From the IMG/VR virus record IMGVR_UViG_3300019135_000007: 48,086 bases of DNA; one strand, 5' to 3'. Of the stretch, positions 41,690 through 48,086 are shown piece after piece. Both the position numbers and the translations under genes were made by a program. Every line of letters begins with the position of its first letter. Within the stretch, counting starts at the first letter, position 1. Under the pieces are notes generated by a model. The model made no database searches. It was given only the letters and a program-made list of their open reading frames with translations, and was not told the origin of the DNA. The stretch comes from a virus.

Positions 41690-41705
41690 TCAACTTGAAG
41701 TTGAC
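41690..41705. promoter_or_regulatory. TCAAC-N5-GTTGAC palindrome overlapping an extended -10 (TGATATAAT)
   Basis: Minus sense TTTGTCAACTTCAAGTTGATATAATTACAGTAG. Confidence 0.5.
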
Positions 41706-41729
41706 AAAGCACTGCAAAAATCATGGTTG

Positions 41730-43136
41730 CTATACCAACTTTATCCTGTTGGCTAATACATTCTTTACATCCTTTTGCCCAGTGATAATCAGCATCTTGC
41801 CTTCCTTGCATTTATCTTTATGCTTGGCATAGATGGCAGGGAATACTGTTACATCCCTGTTTCCTTCAGGAGTATTTAAGACTAGGAAGCACATTAACTG
41901 CCCCCTCTTTGTCTTGATTTCTTTTACCCTTGTGACTTCTCCACCAATGGTTGCTTCTGCCCCTTGTGGGACTGAATCATAAGGGATAAAGCTATATTTA
42001 TCTAATGGATGCCCTGACAGATATAGTCCTAGCACTTCCATTTCCCACCTTAATTTAGTGCTATCAGGGTTTAGCTTATCTTCTTCAGTAATGAGTGGCT
42101 TTCCTTCTCTTTCCTTTTTTGGTCTTTTGGACTGGTAATATTCCATAATTTCAAGCCTATCATCTGTTTCATCAAAGGCTCCTGCCTTGATAAGCCCTAC
42201 AATGCACCCTTTCTTTACCTCTGAACCCTTAAAGACATTGGAAGAAAGAAAATCTTCAAAGTTGGCATAGGGTCTATTCTCAATTATCTGCTTAATGGCT
42301 TTTGTCCCAACACCCCTGATGGCATTTAAGGCAAATAGGATTTTTCCATTAACCTCTGTAAACTCATGAGCAGATGAATTGATTAGTGGGGCAGTCACTT
42401 CAATACCCATTTCCCTAGCTTCTTCTACATACTTGGCTATTTCTTCTAACTTCTTGGATTTGGAATCCTCTTTATCTTCATCCTGAAGTTCTGCAGACAT
42501 AGTGGAAGCCATGAATTTAACAGGATGATTAGCCTTCAGATAGGCAGTCTGATAAGTGACCAAGGCATAGGATGCAGAATGTGACTTGTTAAAGAGGTAT
42601 TTTGCCCCTTTCTCTATCCAATTCCAAAGGATAACTGCTAAATCCTTGTTGTAGCCATTCTTTACACAACCTTGAATAAACTTATCTTTTAGCTTTGCCA
42701 TTTCTTCAGGAAGTTTCTTACCCATAGCTTTCCTTAAATAATCCCTTTCTCCTGCAGTAAACCCTGCAAATACACCTGCTATCTCCATCATCTGTTCTTG
42801 ATATATTAGCTGTCCTTTTGTTGGGGCTAAAATTGGCTCTAGGTCAGGATGGATATATTCAGGCTTGATTTCTCCATTGGCAACCTTGATATACCTTTCT
42901 ACCATTGTTAGCCCATCCTCACCCTTAATGGTGAGTGGACTTGGTCTATATAAAGCTATAATGTCTATGACTTCATCAAAGGTAGTGGGCTTAATACTCC
43001 TTAAAAGCTGTTGCATCCCTACACTTTCTACCTGAAATACCCCTGCAGTGTCACCCTCTTGGAGTAGCTTAAAGGTTTTTTCATCATCCATAGGGATGTT
43101 GAGAATATCAAACATTGTCATACTCCTTTCTGTCAT
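41730..43136 (-). CDS. dnaE: DNA polymerase III alpha (DnaE) C-terminal fragment (fingers onward, with HhH and OB regions)
   Basis: 468 aa beginning ...FDILNIPMDDEKTFKLLQEGDTAGVFQVES...ALYRPSP, i.e. directly after the point where the upstream fragment ends. Confidence 0.9.
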   Translation of the reverse strand: MTERSMTMFDILNIPMDDEKTFKLLQEGDTAGVFQVESVGMQQLLRSIKPTTFDEVIDIIALYRPSPLTIKGEDGLTMVERYIKVANGEIKPEYIHPDLEPILAPTKGQLIYQEQMMEIAGVFAGFTAGERDYLRKAMGKKLPEEMAKLKDKFIQGCVKNGYNKDLAVILWNWIEKGAKYLFNKSHSASYALVTYQTAYLKANHPVKFMASTMSAELQDEDKEDSKSKKLEEIAKYVEEAREMGIEVTAPLINSSAHEFTEVNGKILFALNAIRGVGTKAIKQIIENRPYANFEDFLSSNVFKGSEVKKGCIVGLIKAGAFDETDDRLEIMEYYQSKRPKKEREGKPLITEEDKLNPDSTKLRWEMEVLGLYLSGHPLDKYSFIPYDSVPQGAEATIGGEVTRVKEIKTKRGQLMCFLVLNTPEGNRDVTVFPAIYAKHKDKCKEGKMLIITGQKDVKNVLANRIKLV

Positions 43137-43156
43137 TTTGGCAACTTAATGATTAC

Positions 43157-43393
43157 TCAACCCACCAAAATAACCTCTTTGTCTACATCTAGCACAACCA
43201 CTTCAAGTCCTAGATAGTACCTATAGTGAAGGGTATCAGTATATTTAGGCTGAATGGTCTTTTGTTCATGGTCAAAAGCTATGGCAGAATACTTGTCCAA
43301 CACAATCTTGTTTGCTTCTAATCCTTTTGCTCTTTGCTCATAAATCAGGTCATTAATCAGAGCAGTCACTGTACTTGACTTTTTGTTTTCCAC
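43157..43393 (-). CDS. 78-codon ORF inserted between the two dnaE fragments (GTG start)
   Basis: GAGGGGG SD lies 7 nt upstream and the start is 2 nt after the dnaE-N stop. No family recognised. Confidence 0.5.
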   Translation of the reverse strand: MENKKSSTVTALINDLIYEQRAKGLEANKIVLDKYSAIAFDHEQKTIQPKYTDTLHYRYYLGLEVVVLDVDKEVILVG

Positions 43394-43395
43394 TG

Positions 43396-45108
43396 TTATG
43401 CCCCCTCTGCATTGATTAAGTCCACTGTCTTGTTAATGACAGACAGAGTTTTAACACCTAACAGGTCAAATTTCACTAACCCTAATTCCTCACATACTCC
43501 CATATCTACTGCAGACATTGGCTCCCCATACTTATCTTCCATAAGAGGAATCACTTCATCCAGTGGTCTGTCTGCTATGATGTAAGCACAAGCATGTTGG
43601 GAAAAATGCCTTACCCTTCCCTCAATCTGTTTGGCATACTTCCATATAGAGTGTTCATACTGCTTCATGTACTTTCTAAATTCTTCACTTTCATTGTAGG
43701 CTTCTTCTAGTGTAATAGAAGGTCTGTCAGGAATACTTTTAGCTATGGCATCACCAAGGCTATATGGGTAGCCACACACCCTTACAACATCCCTGATTAC
43801 CCCTTTAGCACCAAAGGTTCCATAAGTAACTACAGAGCAAACTTTGTCATGACCATATTTCTCTTTAAGATACCTGACCACTGCCCCTCTGTCTGCAAAG
43901 TCCACATCAATATCAGGTAGGGAGTTCCTTTCAGGGTTTAAGAATCTTTCAAACAGTAAGCCATATCTGATAGGGTCTAGTTCCACTATCCCTAGGAGCC
44001 ATGAAACCAGTGAGCCACCTGCAGAACCCCTTCCATAGCCCACCACTATTCCATTATCCCTTGCCCATTTAATGAAGTCCTGAACAATCAGGAAGTATCC
44101 ACTAAAACCTTTATTGATGATAACATCAAACTCATACAAAATTCTGTCTACATACACCTTCTGTTCCTGTTTGGAAAGTTTATTTAATCCCCTTCTTGTC
44201 CATCCTTCTCTGCATAGTTGCTTCAAATATTCTTCTTCAGTCTTAAATGGGGCAGGAACAGGGAATTTAGGTAACTTTATGCTTGTATCAATCTCATAAC
44301 CCTCTACCTGTTCTGCAATCTTTACAGTGGTTTCTACTGCTTCCCTTGCCACTGCTTCAGGAACACCAGTAAACTCCATCAGTTGCTTTATAACTTCCTC
44401 ACCTTCTGACCAATAGTTATGCTTATAAACATCACTATCAAAGTCCCCTATCTTGGTAAGAACCCTATGGGTTAGGTAATCATCTTTCCTTAAGTAGTGA
44501 ACATCTTGAGTGGCTACAATGCCTACCCCTAAATCTTTATACCATGAAGCATAAGCCTGATTGACTTTCTTCTGCATGGTATGTTCATTAGGTTGTATCT
44601 CAAGGTAAAAATCATTACCAAAAATCTTTTTAAATCTTTTGATGGTCTTTTTAGCCCCAAGGTAGTCCCCTTCAGCAATCTGCCTTTGACTTACCCCTGC
44701 CAAACATGCTGATAAGCAGATAAGACCATCCTTGTACTGTTCTAATAATTTATAATCTATCCTTGGTCTGTTATAAAAGCCTTTTAAGTGGGAAATAGTT
44801 GTTAGCTTAAGGAGATTTTTTAAGCCTTGAGTGTTCTTTGCTAAAAGAACTAGATGGTAATGTCTTGTGCCTTTTTCTTTGATAGAAATATCTTCTGTGA
44901 TATATACCTCATTCCCTACAATAGCTTTCACACCATGTTTTCTTCCTGCCTTGATAAAATCCCAAAAGTCATTCATCACACCATGATTAGTTAATGCTAC
45001 TGCAGGTTGCCCTAATTCCTTGGCTCTTAAGACAATTTCTTCAGCACTTGCCATCCCATCCAATGTACTCATTTGGGAGTGTAAGTGGAGTTGACAAAAG
45101 AAGTCCAT
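43396..45108 (-). CDS. dnaE: DNA polymerase III alpha (DnaE) N-terminal fragment (PHP, palm, thumb, start of fingers)
   Basis: 570 aa; PHP start QLHLHSQMSTLDG; ...LPDIDVDF...; ends VKFDLLGVKTLSVINKTVDLINAEGA, then a TAA stop. Confidence 0.9.
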   Translation of the reverse strand: MDFFCQLHLHSQMSTLDGMASAEEIVLRAKELGQPAVALTNHGVMNDFWDFIKAGRKHGVKAIVGNEVYITEDISIKEKGTRHYHLVLLAKNTQGLKNLLKLTTISHLKGFYNRPRIDYKLLEQYKDGLICLSACLAGVSQRQIAEGDYLGAKKTIKRFKKIFGNDFYLEIQPNEHTMQKKVNQAYASWYKDLGVGIVATQDVHYLRKDDYLTHRVLTKIGDFDSDVYKHNYWSEGEEVIKQLMEFTGVPEAVAREAVETTVKIAEQVEGYEIDTSIKLPKFPVPAPFKTEEEYLKQLCREGWTRRGLNKLSKQEQKVYVDRILYEFDVIINKGFSGYFLIVQDFIKWARDNGIVVGYGRGSAGGSLVSWLLGIVELDPIRYGLLFERFLNPERNSLPDIDVDFADRGAVVRYLKEKYGHDKVCSVVTYGTFGAKGVIRDVVRVCGYPYSLGDAIAKSIPDRPSITLEEAYNESEEFRKYMKQYEHSIWKYAKQIEGRVRHFSQHACAYIIADRPLDEVIPLMEDKYGEPMSAVDMGVCEELGLVKFDLLGVKTLSVINKTVDLINAEGA

Positions 45109-45293
45109 TAGAATCTTCCTTTCTTGTGGGAGTTATTTTTATACTGGGGCTTCTTCTTCTGCCCTATTTCCTTAATCTTGTCCTGTAAAAGTCTAATTTG
45201 CCTTTTTTGATTTTTATTTTTCCTTCTTAAGTTGGCTATTGTCCTTTTTAGGATGCTGATTTGTTCCTCAAGTTTCTTAACTTGTTCATCCAT
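45108..45293 (-). CDS. Hypothetical basic coiled-coil protein (61 aa)
   Basis: ORF track; its stop overlaps the dnaE-N start. Confidence 0.45.
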   Translation of the reverse strand: MDEQVKKLEEQISILKRTIANLRRKNKNQKRQIRLLQDKIKEIGQKKKPQYKNNSHKKGRF

Positions 45294-45324
45294 CCCTTTT
45301 GTCCCCTTTATATTGTTAATAAAG

Positions 45325-45396
45325 CCCCCTTGCTAGGATTTGAACCTAGTCTAAAGGATTAGAAGTCCTTTGTGCTATCCATTACACCACAAGGGG
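45325..45396 (-). tRNA. tRNA-Arg (anticodon UCU), no encoded CCA
   Basis: Hand fold: acceptor CCCCTTG/CAAGGGG, anticodon arm AAGGA-CTTCTAA-TCCTT, T-arm CTAGG-TTCAAAT-CCTAG. Confidence 0.8.
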
Positions 45397-45401
45397 ATGT
45401 A

Positions 45402-45478
45402 TGGTCTGCCTAGCAGGACTTGAACCTGCAACCTTCCCATTAGGAGTGGGATGTTCTATCCAATTGAACTATAGGCAG
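45402..45478 (-). tRNA. tRNA-Arg (anticodon CCU), CCA encoded
   Basis: Hand fold: acceptor CTGCCTA/TAGGCAG, anticodon arm TCCCA-CTCCTAA-TGGGA, T-arm GCAGG-TTCAAGT-CCTGC. Confidence 0.8.
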
Positions 45479-45580
45479 TTGATTGAGGGAGATAGAGTGA
45501 AGGGAAGTGGCTGTTCCATCTGCCCCCCACACAACCTCACTTCATTGGGAGCATCCCCCTCAAGTTGTCCTTGTGTAATC

Positions 45581-45609
45581 ATTGTATCATGTAAACTTAA
45601 AGATGACAA
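45581..45609 (-). promoter_or_regulatory. Sigma-A type promoter for the tRNA-Arg pair and dnaE operon
   Basis: -35 TTGTCA (45604-45609), 17 nt, -10 TACAAT (45581-45586). Confidence 0.65.
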
Positions 45610-45625
45610 GAAGTTTTTTTTAAAA

Positions 45626-45802
45626 TTATTGATTGATTAGTTTGGGTAAATCTAAAAGGATTTTAATGATACCTGAAGCAATAGTGGCTCCCTTTTCTTC
45701 ATCATCAAGCATTTCCCTGTCAAAGCCTAAATCCTCTACAGTCAGCCCTCTTTCATACTCCAATTTCTCAATGAATTGTAATTGCTTTTCAGTAGCTTTC
45801 AT
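45626..45802 (-). CDS. Hypothetical protein (58 aa; below the ORF-track cutoff)
   Basis: My own reading: MKATEKQLQFIEKLEYERGLTVEDLGFDREMLDDEEKGATIASGIIKILLDLPKLINQ, after GAAAGGTAGG. Confidence 0.4.
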   Translation of the reverse strand: MKATEKQLQFIEKLEYERGLTVEDLGFDREMLDDEEKGATIASGIIKILLDLPKLINQ

Positions 45803-45887
45803 GGTTAATACCTACCTTTCTTTAATTTGTCCTTAAACCCTTCCATCCAAAAGATATAGACAATATACAACTCTAAAATCCTGTCCT

Positions 45888-48086
45888 TTATAAACTGCAT
45901 GATTGACTTCCACACCCCTTGCATTGTGGGCATCCTTCTACCAAGACAAATTCCTTGTGACCACAATTTCCACATGTCCAGTTTTCATACTTGCCCTTTT
46001 TCTGTGGGGCAGACTGCACTTCAGGTTGCTCTTTTTCCACTTCCTCATTGTTCTCTAGGGACAAAATTTGCTCACTTCTTGAGCCATCCCTATAGATAGT
46101 GCCCCCCTTACATCCTGACTTGTAGAGATTTATATAAACTGCTTCACACTGCTCTACAGTGTAATCTGCAGGAGCATTAACTGTTTTGCTGATGGAAGAA
46201 TCAATATATTTCTGTGCTACTGCCTGAACTGCCACATGTTCTTCAGGGGATAAGTCCATAGCACCCACAAACCATTCAGGCAACTTGTCTAAATGAGGGT
46301 TTCTATCCATGAAGGCTTTAGCTACACCTGCATACTGGATTGTACTTCCTATCCTAGACAATCTGTGATACTTCATAGCAAAGTGTGGCTCAATACCTGT
46401 ACTTACAGAACCATGAATATCTAACATAGAAGGTGTCATACTTCCTGTGGTTCCTGTAGGAGCAAAAGTATTAAGAGTAAGGTTCCTGATACCATACTTT
46501 TCAATATCCTCTTTGATTTCTTTAGGGAGCCTTTGAACAAAGCCTGATTGCAGATACTTTTCTTTATCAAAGAATGGGAAGCATCCCTTTTCTTTAGCTA
46601 GTTCAATGGACATTTTATAGCTTTCATCCCTTAAGAATTTCATTAGTTGCTCAAAGACTTTAAGACCTTCAGGAGAACCATATTTTACTCTTAAGGCAAT
46701 AAATAGGTCAGCTACACCCATTCCACCTAGACCTACCCTTCTTTCACCCTTCTGCCAATCTTCCATAGCCTTATCAAAGTAGAAGGTCAAGTCAATGGCA
46801 TTGTCTAGGAATCTTACACCTGTTCTAATGGTCTTTCTTAATAAGTCCCAGTCAATTTCATAAATATCACCCAGTTCATCTTCCCCTACTTTCTTAATCA
46901 TCCTACCAAAGTTGACTGCAGAAAGATTGCAAGTAGAGTTGCCCAAAATTGGTTGTTCTCCACATGGGTTAGTAGCCATTACTAGCCCTAAATACCATCC
47001 ATTGTGATTTCTATTGACTGTATCAATAAAAATGACCCCCGGTTCTGCTGAACTCCAATTGGACTTCATTATCTTGTTCCACATATCTTTAGCCCTGATT
47101 TTTTTATAAACAATAACAGGTAATCCTGCCTTTTCCCATTTCTCAATATCTGCATCCCAAAGTTCATCATAAAGAGGGTGTGTAGTGTCAGGGAACTTCA
47201 ATTCCCATTCTAAATCCTTCTCTACTGCTTCCATGAACTTGTTAGAGATTAGGATTGAACTGTTATTGCCTTCCATGAAGCCTTGCTTATTTTTAGCCCC
47301 AATAAAGTCCTCAATGTAGTTAGGGTCATTTTCATCATTGGTATAGAACACATCAGGATGCCAATCATGGATAGTGAGCATTTGTGCCCCTCTCCTATTG
47401 CCTTGATTGACAAAATCAGTGAGTTGGCTAAACTGGTTCCCAATATAAACTGCCCCTGCAGATTGTCCTTTTGTCTTGCTTAATGGGGAATATCTTGGTC
47501 TGAACACTGAAAGGTTAGTTCCTACTCCCCCACCCCTAGCCATGATTTCAGAAATTCTACCCATATGGTGGAAGATAGCCTGTCTACTATCCCTTCCCTT
47601 TTCAGGAGCATATGGGGCAGGTTCAACATTAATGACATAGCAGTTAAAAAGTGTAACCTCTGAATCATCCCCTGCACCTGTCAAAATCCTTCCTGAAGGC
47701 ACTAAATAGAAGTTCTCTAATGCTTCCTTAAACTCTTTATAAGCCTTCTCTCTAGCTTCAGGTGTTTGCTCTACAGAAGCTAAAGCCTTTGCCACCCTGT
47801 CTGCAGTTTCTGCATACCTTACTTCAAGAAGGGCATCTATAAGGTTAATGTCCTGCACAAACTCCTGCCCTACCTGATACTCCACACCATCAGCAGTTTG
47901 CAGTTCCATAATTACCTTGTCACCCTGAATATCCTTTACAGTAGCAATTTCCCTGACTGGATACTTACCATCTTTCACTAGGGTTACTACTGTTGCACCC
48001 TTCTTGATGAATTTTTTCTTATCCAGTGTTTTCTTTGCATATCTTGTAAGATGAATTTTTCTGTGAAAGCCCTGTAATTCTACTCC
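45888..48086 (-). CDS. nrdJ: Class II (adenosylcobalamin-dependent) ribonucleotide reductase; the start codon lies across the junction at 128-130
   Basis: The active-site loop ATNPCGEQPIL and C-terminal Cys-rich tail CGNCGH...CPQCKGCGSQSC are typical of NrdJ. The frame stays open to the window edge. Confidence 0.88.
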   Translation of the reverse strand, partial: GVELQGFHRKIHLTRYAKKTLDKKKFIKKGATVVTLVKDGKYPVREIATVKDIQGDKVIMELQTADGVEYQVGQEFVQDINLIDALLEVRYAETADRVAKALASVEQTPEAREKAYKEFKEALENFYLVPSGRILTGAGDDSEVTLFNCYVINVEPAPYAPEKGRDSRQAIFHHMGRISEIMARGGGVGTNLSVFRPRYSPLSKTKGQSAGAVYIGNQFSQLTDFVNQGNRRGAQMLTIHDWHPDVFYTNDENDPNYIEDFIGAKNKQGFMEGNNSSILISNKFMEAVEKDLEWELKFPDTTHPLYDELWDADIEKWEKAGLPVIVYKKIRAKDMWNKIMKSNWSSAEPGVIFIDTVNRNHNGWYLGLVMATNPCGEQPILGNSTCNLSAVNFGRMIKKVGEDELGDIYEIDWDLLRKTIRTGVRFLDNAIDLTFYFDKAMEDWQKGERRVGLGGMGVADLFIALRVKYGSPEGLKVFEQLMKFLRDESYKMSIELAKEKGCFPFFDKEKYLQSGFVQRLPKEIKEDIEKYGIRNLTLNTFAPTGTTGSMTPSMLDIHGSVSTGIEPHFAMKYHRLSRIGSTIQYAGVAKAFMDRNPHLDKLPEWFVGAMDLSPEEHVAVQAVAQKYIDSSISKTVNAPADYTVEQCEAVYINLYKSGCKGGTIYRDGSRSEQILSLENNEEVEKEQPEVQSAPQKKGKYENWTCGNCGHKEFVLVEGCPQCKGCGSQSCSL
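47960..48086. repeat. Right copy of the 127-bp direct repeat
   Basis: Identical to 1..127. Confidence 0.95.

Noticed and set aside
43137-43395. Intein or group I/II intron interrupting dnaE
   Set aside because: The N fragment ends at a TAA stop with no Cys/Ser/Thr junction residues or HN motif. The insert is a separate SD-led ORF of only 78 codons. I see no intron-like conserved core, although I cannot exclude one without a covariance search.
530-47620. Explaining the TGGGGCAG/CTGCCCCA excess by amino-acid or codon preference
   Set aside because: The word occurs in at least five frame and orientation contexts and in intergenic DNA. It uses G/C-ending codons that are otherwise avoided. Identical dipeptides elsewhere use other codons.

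Overview
The window is a complete, circularly permuted genome with a 47,959-bp unit length. Bases 1-127 are identical to 47960-48086, and a class II ribonucleotide reductase gene reads across that junction. It belongs to a low-GC, siphovirus-type temperate phage, and the long SD sequences, XhlA/LysM lysis genes and TTGACA/TATAAT promoters suggest a Bacillota host. All but two genes lie on the minus strand. Modules in window order: thyX, dnaB and a Rad52-like annealase; a divergent XRE switch; a plasmid-style maintenance block (Rep-like, RHH ParB-like, ParA, double-HTH zinc-ribbon protein, short serine recombinase) with no tyrosine integrase, so I read it as a phage-plasmid. Next come the lysis cassette, the tail module (Tal/RBP, Dit, TMP, a G/GT chaperone with an A8 -1 frameshift site, tRNA-Trp, tube), the Mu/SPP1-like head module and terS/terL. 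An early island of small genes follows, each behind its own consensus promoter, and includes ArdA and DUF3846. The last block holds a sigma factor, an Hjc-like resolvase, MazG, DUF1599, a Cas4-like nuclease, a DnaE split into two ORFs by a 78-codon insert, two tRNA-Arg genes and nrdJ. The main non-genic signals are: (1) the 8-mer TGGGGCAG/CTGCCCCA, present at least 39 times in both orientations and many reading frames; (2) a perfect consensus plus-strand promoter firing into about 0.6 kb of ORF-free DNA made of 34 phased T-tracts plus G-rich 12-13-bp repeats; (3) several families of reiterated regulatory cassettes. All coordinates and counts were read by eye and may be off by a few bases or copies.
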